A DNA stretch of 63,203 nt, the filler included, from Octopus bimaculoides (lineage: Eukaryota), in the NCBI RefSeq assembly GCF_001194135.2. It is 5 parts of 5 records of this genome, joined end to end, with 100 filler letters (N's around TTAATTAATTAA, not from the genome) between each part and the next. Parts side by side here need not be neighbours in the genome. Positions count along the whole stretch, not along the records: positions 17,376 to 32,579 come from NC_068992.1; positions 32,680 to 57,306 come from NC_068982.1; 3 more parts are not named here. One strand, 5' to 3'. This document shows, in pieces, positions 27,555 through 39,256 of this stretch; position 1 is the stretch's first letter, and the number at the start of each line of letters is the position of its first letter. Both the position numbers and the translations under genes were made by a program. The notes under the pieces are model-generated. The model worked only from the letters and a program-made list of their open reading frames with translations, did not search any database and had not been told where the DNA came from.

Positions 27555-28950
27555 GTGGTAAGGTGACAAGTTGCCATAATCGTAAGCACGTTGGGCAAAA
27601 TGCTTAGCGTCCGTCTTTATGTTCTGAGTTCAAATTCCGCCGAATTCAACTTCGTTTTGAATCATTTCGGGGTCGATAAAATAAGCACCTGTTGGGGTCA
27701 ATGTAATCGACTTATCCTCTCTGCAAAAGTCACTGGCCTTGTGCCAAAACTTGAAACTATTATTAGTCCAGTGATAGTTTGCACACCGGACAAAATGCTT
27801 AGTGGCAAGTCTTCCGGCTTTTCCTTCTGAATTCAAATTCCATTGAGGCCAACCTTAAACTTCATCCTTCTCGGTTTGTTAATATAATACTAGCTGATTA
27901 CTGGGACCACTGTAATCGATAAGTCCCCTCCCCTAGTATTTCAAACTTTGTGCCAATAATAGAAAGAATTATGCGAGCACTAGATCGGGTGTTGAGGGAT
28001 CGAATTCGTGAAGAGAATCGGAAAATGCTTTACGTGTTTTGTTCCGAGTTTTGTGTTCAAACTACAACGTGGTCAACTTTACCTTTCATCTAACTGAGGT
28101 TGATAAAATGACGTACCAGTCAAGAACTAGGAACGATGTAATTCACCAGTTTCCTTTTCTCAAACTTGCTGGCTTTGAGCGTAAATTAGAAACATATTGG
28201 GGCAACAGTAGGACGGTGGGTTGACAGAATCATTAGTGTGTCGGATAAAATGCGCTGTGATACCGGGTGGAATCCTTGTTTAGGAACCCTATATATCCCC
28301 TCATAGCCTTTATTATTTTTTGGAATTTTTAGGAAAATGTTGTGAATTGGTGTTCTACACGTGGGAATTCACACAATCACATGATCTTAATTTCTTTTTC
28401 CCTTAATTTTTTATACCCATCCCACCCCCATAAAAGTTCCACTATTTTTCGAATTTTTTTAAAATCAAAGTTCAAAATACGGAGAGTACGAATATTTTGC
28501 TTGAATCCTAGCAATGGATCACCCTTTGGAACATCAGTATTCCATTAAATGTGTTTATGTAGAGAAAAATATTGAGAAACATCAACAGATGTCAAAGTTA
28601 CAAAGAAACGCGGATGATACCAGGTGGTCGTGAGCTGTGCTAAAAATTACAGCTAAATCGCCCTTAAATCACACAATTTTTTTTTTCCATAATCGTATGA
28701 ATTCCCATGTGTAGAACACAAGTTTGCAAAAATTTCCTGACAATTCCAAAACATAAAAGGTTACGTGGGGTTATATGGGATGATTAAACCTGAATTCCAC
28801 CCGGTATTGTTCTGAGTTCAAATGTCGCCGAAGTTGACCTTGCCATTCATCTCAAGGGGGCCTATAAAATAAAGTATTAGTCAAATACCGAGGTCGTTGG
28901 AATCGACTGACTCCCCACAAAAACGCTGGCCTTATTTGTCAATTAGAAAA
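27555..28950 (+). mobile_element. Four head-to-tail diverged SINE family C copies (27555-27765, 27780-27970, 28000-28190, 28205-28950 interrupted)
   Basis: Each has AAAATGCTT(A/T)..GTTCTGAGTTCAAA..CTTT..ATAAAAT core. Confidence 0.75.
28263..28804. mobile_element. Tc1/mariner-type MITE, ~115-bp imperfect TIRs, TA target duplication
   Basis: TA-CCGGGTGGAAT...ATTCCACCCGG-TA; TIR similarity continues through GTGTTCTACAC(G/A)TGGGAATTCA; interrupts a SINE C copy. Confidence 0.85.
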
Positions 28951-29104
28951 ACTTATTTGGACAGCTGTCTCTCGAGCTACCACAATCATTACTAATTCGG
29001 TAGAAGACCTGATAAAAATATCTAAGAGTAGCTAGATTGATTTCTTTGTAATGCGCGATCAAATCCCGCTGGATGCGATCTTCTTTTATCTTCGCTCCAG
29101 ATGA

Positions 29105-29410
29105 GTATAAAAGAAATTGTTTATCATCGTTCGGGGTGTGTACAAAATAAGCAAATTGCTTATATTCACCCTGGTTGTGTATAAAATAAACAAATTGTTT
29201 ATCATCGCCTTGGGTATGTATAAAGTAAATAAACTATCATCGTCATGGGTGTATATAAATGAACATTATTTATCATTAGTATGAATATCTATAAATAAAC
29301 AAATTGTTCATCGTCGCCTTGGGTGTGTATAAAATAAACAAAATGTTTACCGTCGCGCTGCATGCGTTTGAAATAAATTCTTTGTCATTGATCTAAGTGT
29401 GTATGAAATA
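29105..29410. repeat. Degenerate ~39-bp tandem repeat (GTATAAAATAAACAAATTGTTTATCATCGCCTTGGGTGT), about 8 units
   Basis: Direct reading. Confidence 0.8.
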
Positions 29411-29782
29411 AATAGCAATTAAGTGTAAGAGTTGATATATTGAATTACATATCACTGCCCCTCCCACCACAAACTTTAGCTGAGTTGGTACAGATCCTTG
29501 GAAGACGCAGCGTATTTTAGTTCAGATTTCGAATCCCTCCGGCGGCGTTTTTATCGATTACTACCACAGTTGGACGAGCAAAAAAAAAGAAATAGCGAGA
29601 GAGACTCTATATAGCAGCGACACAGGCAACGTGCAGACCGGGAGAGTTCCGGCGTCGATAGGTGAAAATCCGCGAAGTAGAAACAGTACCGCATGGTATA
29701 TTATTTTTGTAACTTGTATATATTTATTTTATTATAAATGCAAAGTAACACCACGGAAGAATCGACGTAAGCTTGAATAATA

Positions 29783-29830
29783 AACCGCGATAGGTGAACC
29801 GCGATAGGTGAACCGCGATAGGTGAACCGC
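29783..29830. repeat. 14-bp perfect tandem AACCGCGATAGGTG x3.4
   Basis: Units start 29783, 29797, 29811, 29825. Confidence 0.95.
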
Positions 29831-30232
29831 CATATGGCACTGAATTATTGTATATATATACACGCATAAATACATATACATGTGTGTATATATTATGTAT
29901 ATAAATATATATATGTATTTACAGTTGATCCGATCAACAAAACAGCTTGCTCATAAAATTAATGTGCAAGTGGTTGAGCACTCCACGGGCTTCCTCATAG
30001 TTTCCATCTCTAAAATTCACACACAACGCATTTCCTGAGGTGTGCCACGCAGTAGGACTGAACTCAAGACTGCGTGATTACGTAGGGAACTTCTTAATCA
30101 CACAGCCATATAAACACAAATACTTACACACTCACACACGCACACACTCACACATTGTATATAATCTTTATGCATATGTACATATAGACACAGATGCATA
30201 CACACACACGCACACACACACACACACATACG

Positions 30233-30264
<32 letters not shown>

Positions 30265-31259
30265 CCCACATGTATTTTTAAATACATATGCATGCAAGCA
30301 CACACGCACGCAAGCACACACAGGAACACACAAACTCACAAATACTCACACACATATACACACACATGCACACATGCAAATATTTCTCTGCTTTGCATTC
30401 CGACCAACATTCATCCTCTCTACTCAGTCATACAATTAACTGCCTTCGACGACCTCTCCAAGACATCTTATATTCTTAACTAAATCGGCTTTTAACAGAT
30501 TACACTTCTTCTTGGGACCCAAAAGCAATTTTAACCTTTCCTTCACCTTTGACCTTCATACAAAGCTTACATTCTGTCACCTAATGAATAACACACACAT
30601 ATATGAACATTGTACATACGTACATCTCTTTCGGCCAATAACATTTTAGCATCTACCGCATCGAGCACCCTAGCGCAAATCTAACTTCTCGCTCAGCCAC
30701 CCACCCAACAACCAACAATACCAAGTCAACCCTCAGATCCCCAAGTCTCAAGTCCCACTTGGAATCGTTTTCACTAAGTTCGCGTTAATCAAACTCCATA
30801 GGGGGAAGAAGAAAGAGTTTCAATTTCTCAATATGCTTCAGTCCCCTACTTACTCTCTAACTACGAAGCTGCATGTCTACGTAAGAAATCAATAAATTGG
30901 CTGCTGTCCAAAATAAAATTTACGAAACAAAAGCGAGATAGTTTCTGTGTTGAGTTATAGATTCTCTAGCAGGCGAACACCGCTGACCTAGAGGCAACAA
31001 ATGGGCAGTTTACGACCTCGCGATGTAGCTTCAGTTCATAGTAGTTGTTATTCACAATTTAATGTATTGTGGATACTCTTAGGAAATTCATAAATACCAC
31101 TACATCGCATTTCCACAATCTTGTTTAAAGAATTTACGCATCGCAGAGTCCCTGAAGACTACAATTAGTTAAATGTTTTTTAAATAGTTTCACAATAGTA
31201 TACATGTACATATGTTAACTGTGAGTGTACGTGTGTATGTGTTTATGTATGTGTGTGTG

Positions 31260-31308
<49 letters not shown>

Positions 31309-31539
31309 AGAAGAAAGAGCGAGAATGGTAGATAGATTTATACATATACAGACACACATGCACGTATATTATATATATATGTGTGTGTGTATGTATATAC
31401 ACACACACACACGCATATATATACATAAATATATATACATATATATATATATATACCATATGCATATGTATGACATAAAATGTAGGAAATACACATGTAT
31501 GTATGTATGTATTATGTATGTATACGTGCATGTATGTCA

Positions 31540-32189
31540 TTATTCAGTTTATTTCAAGATTTGTGGCCAATAGAGAAAGAGCCGGTTTCTGACCTAGATC
31601 CTTGGCTCCTTCATTGGAATTTCAACACCAACATGAGAGTATTTTTGTTTGTATGTATGTATGTATGTATGTATGTATGTATGTATGTATGTATGTATAT
31701 GTGCAGATTTGTATGTTTTATGTATGTACTCTCATGTATATAGTTGCACATTAGACATGTTCATATATATTTAATTGATAAATTTCTGGAAAGTTTTACA
31801 GATTTTTACAGTTCCAGTGATGGATTGGATCTGTCGTCTTCGAATTAGCTTTTGCCTTTCTAGTTAGAGAAGCCTAATTTCTCAAGATTGGTGTTTAGGC
31901 AGTGCGTTACATATCCCAGGGCCCCAATAATTACACGTATAAGCCTGAACTTGTAATCTGGATAGGGTAACTTCGGGTTTCTCAATAGTTCAGCATAGGT
32001 GTTCTCTTTTTCACTGATCTTCAGCTTTGCATTAACATTCGCTGGGCAGCTAATTTCCACAACTGTGCACAGTTTCCCTTCTTTATCCCAAATCATTATA
32101 TCAGGTCTGTTGTGCTTACATTTTATTGAGGTTTTCACTGGTACATTCCTGTATTCATTTTTATTATGAGTGGCTATGGTTTCAACCAT
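31540..32189 (-). mobile_element. 5'-truncated REL-endonuclease non-LTR retrotransposon, second family
   Basis: ORF 31860..32189: KHNRPDIMIWDK...VVEISCP...EKENTY..L...VIIGALG; continues by frameshift to ...QIQSITGTVKICKTF; 3' UTR with (ATAC)n. Confidence 0.85.
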
Positions 32190-32521
32190 GTAGGTAGGTA
32201 GGTAGGTAGGTAGGTAGGTAGGTAGGTAGGTAGGTAGGTATGCATAAAATTAAACGATGCTTTTTTGTAACTATAACAAAATTATAGAAAACTGAACATC
32301 GACTTGAAAAAGGAATCACTATAAGTGTAGAATGAAATATTATTAATAATTCTATTGAGAGTGACTTCGAAGTTTTCTCGTAAGTTGGTGTTGTCAGATG
32401 GCCGTCAATCAGACGGTGTGAACTGTCACTACTAATAAAATTATTTTTATCGATAGATATATAGAGATATGTGTAGATATTTCTATACATATGTATGTGT
32501 GTACATATATACATACTACAC

Positions 32522-32570
<49 letters not shown>

Positions 32571-32623
32571 CATTTCTTTNNNNNNNNNNNNNNNNNNNNN
32601 NNNNNNNNNNNNNNNNNNNNNNN

Positions 32624-32635
32624 TTAATTAATTAA
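32624..32635. other. Artificial scaffold linker TTAATTAATTAA
   Basis: N44-linker-N44. Confidence 0.95.
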
Positions 32636-32679
32636 NNNNNNNNNNNNNNNNNNNNNNNNNNNNNNNNNNNNNNNNNNNN

Positions 32680-32870
32680 GTTTCTAGCCAGAGTTCAGTA
32701 TCTAATACAGGTAATCTATGGTTAGGGTGTTTAGTAGGGTAGTCTATCGTAACTTTAATACTCTGGTGGATGGAGTTAGCTATTTGCTGGATGCTCTCCA
32801 TAGTCTTAGTTTCTATTTCTATTTCAGGGGTACTCTCTTGTGGGGGTGTCTTTACCACTAAGTTGATATC
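32680..32870 (-). mobile_element. Penelope-like reverse transcriptase fragment
   Basis: SIHQSIKVTIDYPTKHPNHRLPVLDTELW resembles the I-x-F-T-x-E...LP-F-LD C-terminal RT motif of PLEs; cut by gap. Confidence 0.65.
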
Positions 32871-33774
32871 ATCGAAATAAGATTAAGATTAATGTAATAT
32901 AAAGCTGAAGCAAATTAACACCAAATATACAGTGCGTGTGTTTTTATTGGCTAAATTGGCAATATGACCATCCCCAAGTACAACAACATCTGTTTCAACA
33001 CACGATTTCACATCAAAAATCTTGCAAAACAAATATGTATTTATATATATATATATATATACCATTATCATCATAATTTAACGTGTTTTCTATGCTGGCA
33101 TGTGTCGGATGGCTTGACAGGAACTGGCAAGGCCAGGGGCCACACCAGGTCCCATAGTCTGTTTTGGCGTGGCTTCTACTGTTGGATGCCCTTTCTTTTT
33201 TTTATATTTTTTAAGTTAGGTATTTATTCTATCTCTTTTGCCGAATGACTAAGTTACAGGTAGGTGGGATGAAATCAAACACACACACATACACACACAA
33301 ACACACCCATAAATATGCATATACAACTTCCACAGAGTTTCCATCAACCGAATTCACTCACAAGGCTTTGGTCCAATGGACATACTTGCCCAAGGTGTCA
33401 TGTTGGGGAACTGAACCTGGAAGTAAGAGGTTACAAAATAGACTCCATACCCGCACAAGTACACTTGCAGTTATCTATATCTTTTATATTTACACGTTTC
33501 AGTCATTAGAGTATGACCATGCTGGAGTACCACATCGCTCGACAACCGATGGTGGTGTTTACGTCCCCGTAACTTAGCGGTTCGGCAAAAAGAGAATAAG
33601 TACTAGGCTTACAAAGAATAAGTCCTGGGGTCGATTTGCTCAACTAAAGGCGGTGCTCCAGCATGGCCATGGTCAAATGACTGAAACAAGTAAAAGAATA
33701 AAAGAATTTATGTGTGTGTGTCTGTGTGTGGCCTGTGCTAGGGACATGTAAAAGGCTTCCTATACACTTTTGGA

Positions 33775-34020
33775 GTGGTTGGCATTAGGAAGGGCATTCA
33801 ACTATAGAAACCAAGCGCCAAATCAGACTGGAACCTGGTGTAGCTTTCTGGCTTACAAGTCCTGGTCATCGTCATCATCATCGTTTAACGTCTGCTTTCC
33901 ATGCTAGCATGGGTTGGACGATTTGACTGAGGACTGGTGAACCGGATGGCTGCCCCAGACTCCAATCAAAGTGTTTAAAATATGCCAGCAAGGAAAACGG
34001 ATGCTAAATAATGATCGTGA
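33775..34020. mobile_element. SINE family B: + copy interrupted by a - copy (33866-33966)
   Basis: GTTGGCATTAGGAAGGGCAT body on +; CATCATCATCGTTTAACGTCTGCTTTCCATGCTAGCATGGG tail on -; + tail resumes 33967. Confidence 0.75.
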
Positions 34021-34022
34021 TG

Positions 34023-34091
<69 letters not shown>

Positions 34092-34449
34092 TCTATGTGT
34101 GTGTCTGTGTGTGCGTAATAGATTAGAGAATAACAGGAAGCGGGTTGTTTGTATTTTTTTTTTAATTTCAAAACAAACAAAATACTAAAAACTGGCCTCC
34201 TATTATTGTATCATATTCTATGAGCATTTCATTCTACTTAACTGCACCAAACAGTGTGCAGCTTCCTCAACCAGATCACATGCCAGAGGGACTTTAATGT
34301 GAACACTTTGCAGAGCTACGACGTCATACGGTAAATTATTGTGCACCTAGCACATCAGCTTCCACTTGTATGTGTGTGTGTGTGTGTGTATGTATGTGTA
34401 TATATATAAATATATTTATACACACATATATATACATATATACTCTTTT

Positions 34450-34980
34450 ACTCTTTTACTTGTGTCAGTCATTTGATTGTGGCCATGCTGGAGCACCACT
34501 TTTAGTTGAGCAAATCGACCCCAGGACTTATTCTTTGTAAGACTAGTACTTATTCTATTGGTCTCTTTTGCCGAACCGCTAAGTTACGGGGACTTAAACA
34601 CACCAGCATCGGTTGACAAGCGATGTTGAGGGACAAACACAGACACACAAACATACACAAGCACACACATATATATATATATATATATTTTTTTTTTTAT
34701 ATATATACGTCAGGCTTCTTTCAGTTTCCGTCTACCAAATCCACTCACAAGGCTTTGGTTGGCCCGAGGCTATAGTAGAAGACACTTGCCCAAGATGCCA
34801 TGCAGTGGGACTGAACCCGGGGCCATGTGGTTCGTAAGCAAGCTACTTACCACACAGCTGTAGAAACTCTGCCAAATTAGATTGGGGCCTGGTGTTGCCA
34901 TCCGGTTTCACCAGTCCTCAGTCAAATCGTCCAACCCATGCTAGCATGGAAAGCGGACGTTAAACGATGATGATGATGAG
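34450..34980. mobile_element. SINE A (-, 34450-34858) abutting SINE B (+, 34858-34980)
   Basis: Head of A truncated at the point where B body begins; B ends GGACGTTAAACGATGATGATG. Confidence 0.85.
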
Positions 34981-35025
<45 letters not shown>

Positions 35026-35029
<4 letters not shown>

Positions 35030-35150
35030 AGGTAATTCAAAAGTCACCATACATAACAATTTATTTTTTTATAAGAGAGTTTTTTTTATTTAACTATTTC
35101 TTATAAAAATAAATTTTTCTTATGTATAGTGACTTTTGAATCACCCTGTG
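35026..35150. mobile_element. 125-bp palindromic mariner-type mini-MITE in (TA)n
   Basis: CACAAGGTAATTCAAAAGTCACCATACATAA ... TTATGTATAGTGACTTTTGAATCACCCTGTG inverted repeats. Confidence 0.85.
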
Positions 35151-35654
35151 TATATATATATATATATATATACACACTCACATACATATATATATATCAA
35201 AATATTCCATTTCTTTATTCTTGATCCACTTAATTCTCCTTCCCTCTCCTCTTTGTTTCCTTTTCTTTTCCTTCTTTTTATTATACGCATATGTGTATGT
35301 GTGTATATGTATATATGTATGAATATATGTGAATGAATACATGTGTATGTGTGTGTCTGGGTTTCTCTGTGTGTATGTATGTGCAAGATCTCATGTTCTT
35401 GTGTCTGTGTTGGTGTATGTGTGTATATGTATATGTGGGTGTATGCATCTCTATGTGCTTATGTATGGATATATATATATGTGTGTGTGTGCTTGTATGT
35501 ATGTGTAGGTGTTAGTATTTGTATATGTGCATGCGTGTAATTAAGCACTCCCTATTTAAGTAGGGAATAAACGCTAAATTACCAGAAAAGCCATTTCTTT
35601 TCCGGTTTTTTCTTTTTGTGGAAATATATATATCTATTCATATATATATTCTTT

Positions 35655-36022
35655 TTATTTTTTACTTGTTTCGGTCATTTTGACTGTGGCCATGCTGGAG
35701 CACCGCCTTTAGTCGAACAAATTATTCTTTGTAAGCCTAGTACTTATTCTATCGGTCTCTTTTGCCGAACCGCTAAGTTACGAAGACATAAACGCACCAG
35801 CATCAGTTGTCAAGTGATGTTGGTGGGGACAAACACAGACACACAAACATATACACACACATACATACACACATATATATATACAGTTTCTATCTACCAA
35901 ATCCACTCACAAGGCTTTGGTTGGCTCGAGGCTATAGTAGAAGACGCTTGCCCAAGATGCCACGCAGTGGGACTGAACCCAGGACCATGTTGTTGGTAAG
36001 CAAGCTACTTACCACACAGCCA
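35655..36022 (-). mobile_element. SINE family A, near full length
   Basis: Matches 10661-11019. Confidence 0.9.
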
Positions 36023-36400
36023 TACTAAATAATCAAAGAGTGTTACTCTTTCCCCGAAATAACACAGAACAGTTCAATTTATTGAGCAAATATCAAAGTT
36101 CATGGAGGGAGGGAAGACATTCAAATTGGAAATAGAATCAAATATATACATATATATTTTTTATTATAAACCCAATGTTGGTGATCACAATACATATATT
36201 GTGATCAGATAAAATATATTAATTACAGGAAATTACATCAGATAAAATATATTAAATTAAAATCATGAGTTGATGAGATGTTTAAAAGATTTACATTCGT
36301 CCTCGTATGAAGTAAAATTAAATAGTGTAAGGTGAAACTTCAAACAGCCATAATGCACTGATACCTGAACATCCTTGTTACTTATTTGCTTTATATATGT

Positions 36401-36433
<33 letters not shown>

Positions 36434-36626
36434 CATGCACACACACACATGCATGCACACATATATATTGATATACAGGAGGCTTCTATACAATTTCACT
36501 TGCAAGTTGCTTAGCAGGGGAACAACACCAAAAATTTATGTGATTACAAAATGATATCTGCATACAAACTGCCCTGCCACTCTACACATCCTGACAAGTC
36601 TGCTTTCTCTATGTATACTTTTAGAT

Positions 36627-36755
36627 ATGGGTTGCTGTGGGTCAAATGGACACTGCAAACGATGGTGGTATTTTGTAATTGTCAGTTTTATTATTGGAGC
36701 AGTTGGTCTCATAACTGTCAGTATAATTTGGCAAGAAGGAAAATCACATATTAAA
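36627..36755 (+). CDS. ENTPD1-like: NTPDase coding exon 1: [43 protein letters not shown] (N-terminal TM)
   Basis: Acceptor ttttag at 36623-24, exon begins AT at 36625, ATG 36627, hydrophobic TM, donor AAA/gtaagt at 36756 (phase 0) matches next exon. Missed by the ORF track as a separate ORF. Confidence 0.88.
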
Positions 36756-37002
36756 GTAAGTATTAATTAATTAATTATCTTTAATCTGTCATTTGTTTCA
36801 GTCATTGGACATCATTTCGAAGAATTTTTAGTCAAATGAATTCACTCCCAGTACTTTTTGTTTTTAAGCCTGATGCCTATTTCATCAGTCAGTTTTGCTG
36901 AACCATTAAGTTACAGGGAATGTAAACACACAAACACCTATGGTCAAGTGGCAGGCAGGAAAAACACAGACACAAAGACACTCACACATTGATATATATA
37001 TA

Positions 37003-37041
<39 letters not shown>

Positions 37042-39225
37042 NNNNNNNNNNNNNNNNNNNNNNNNNNNNNNNNNNNNNNNNNNNNNNNNNNNNNNNNNNN
37101 NNNNNNNNNNNNNNNNNNNNNNNNNNNNNNNNNNNNNNNNNNNNNNNNNNNNNNNNNNNNNNNNNNNNNNNNNNNNNNNNNNNNNNNNNNNNNNNNNNNN
37201 NNNNNNNNNNNNNNNNNNNNNNNNNNNNNNNNNNNNNNNNNNNNNNNNNNNNNNNNNNNNNNNNNNNNNNNNNNNNNNNNNNNNNNNNNNNNNNNNNNNN
37301 NNNNNNNNNNNNNNNNNNNNNNNNNNNNNNNNNNNNNNNNNNNNNNNNNNNNNNNNNNNNNNNNNNNNNNNNNNNNNNNNNNNNNNNNNNNNNNNNNNNN
37401 NNNNNNNNNNNNNNNNNNNNNNNNNNNNNNNNNNNNNNNNNNNNNNNNNNNNNNNNNNNNNNNNNNNNNNNNNNNNNNNNNNNNNNNNNNNNNNNNNNNN
37501 NNNNNNNNNNNNNNNNNNNNNNNNNNNNNNNNNNNNNNNNNNNNNNNNNNNNNNNNNNNNNNNNNNNNNNNNGAGTAAAAATATTATTTTTAATTATTAT
37601 TTTGTTTATAATAACATTGTTTCCTGAACTTCAAGAAATATGACTTTTAATTTGAGGTAAAATGGGTATTTGATTAAAATTCTCAACTATCGGACACAAA
37701 GTCGATATATATATTGGATCATCCGATAAATAATGTGGGTTTTTTTATACTTCTTTTATTTTTCAAAATTATGGTAAACAAAGTTTTTCTTAAAATCTAA
37801 AATATACTCTCCTTCATTTTCTACAATGCTCTTCCATCTATCTGGTATATTTGCAAGGCCCCTCTTCCAAAATTTATTTGTCTGTGATGAAAAATATTCC
37901 TCCAGTACTGTTCTGACCTCGACTACAGAATTTATATTTTTCTGTCCAAATGATTTTGAAGACTGTTGGATAAACGATAATCAGATGATGCAATGTCCAG
38001 TAAATATGTTAGGTGAAGCATCGTTTCCCCTTCAAACTGTTCCAGCCTTTGGAATGTCATCTTCGCTGTATGTGGCCGAGCATTATCCTGATGGAAGAAC
38101 ACCTTTTGTCTTGAAACCAAAGATGGTCATTTTTCTTCTAGCACTGGTGTCGATGAATGGTTGAATGACCAAATCCAAGCTTCTCTGCTAGTTCCTCAAC
38201 GCGTCGCCGGGAATCGAACTCCCGACCTTACGATCATGAGCCGCCCTAACCACTAAGCTTCGCTATATATATGTAGGGAGGTAGGGAGGTAGGTAGTTAG
38301 GTATATCGGTGTGTGTATGTGTGCGTGTATATGCACTAGTAGGAAACACTGAGCAGATATCGTGTTTTTATGCCTTTTACCAGAAGACTGTTCTATTTGT
38401 TGGATTAACTGCAACCCTCATCATTGTAGCTGACAGTGTGCTAGTTTTTTGGGTTTTTATATATTTATGCAGCATATCCATTACCATACTGACGTATTTA
38501 TTTCACTTTAATACACTTCCATATTTCAGTACAGTCTGGTCTTTGATGCTGGTTCAAGCCATACTGAAATTTTTATCTTCACTTGGGAAGGGTCCAAAAC
38601 CAATGGCACCGCAGTTGTTCGACAAACGAATCACTTGAGGACAAAGGGTAAGTTACATACCTCACAAGTTTTCTTTTTTACATGTTTTATAACTTAAAAT
38701 CAAACCAACTAAAATAGCTTTTATTTGTAATAAGTGGGACAGTGAATATGACTAAGTACTCATGAAGATTGCTTATAGTATTTCTCACAGATCTGATTTC
38801 AACTAATATTGCGGTCGCCTACATATATAGATATATATATCAGGCGCAGGAGTGGCTGTGTGGTAAGTAGCTTGCTTACCAACCACATGGTTCCGGTTTC
38901 AGTCCCACTGTGTGGGACCTTCAGCAAGTGTCTTCTACTATAGCCTCGGGCCAACCAAAGCCTTGTGAGTGGATTTGATAGATGGAAACTGAAAGAAACA
39001 GCCTGTCGTATATATATATGTGTTTGTGTGTCTGTGTTTGTCTCCCCACTATCGCTTGACAACCGATGCTGGTGTGTTTACGTCCCCGTAATTTTGCGGT
39101 TCGGCAAAAGAGCCTGATAGAATGAGTACTAGGCTTACAAAGAATAAGTCCTGGGAGTTGATTTGCTCGACTAAAGGCGGTGCTCCAGCATGGCCACAGT
39201 CAAATGACTTAAACAAGTAAAAGAG

Positions 39226-39256
<31 letters not shown>

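Noticed and set aside
34613-35999. Recurrent peptides such as [12 protein letters not shown]...PRCHAVGLNP in many ORFs
   Set aside because: Translations of SINE A copies, not a gene family.
38309-38638. Hydrophobic ORF as the NTPDase N-terminal TM exon
   Set aside because: Out of frame with exon 2, lacks a good donor, and a much better TM exon exists at 36625-36755.
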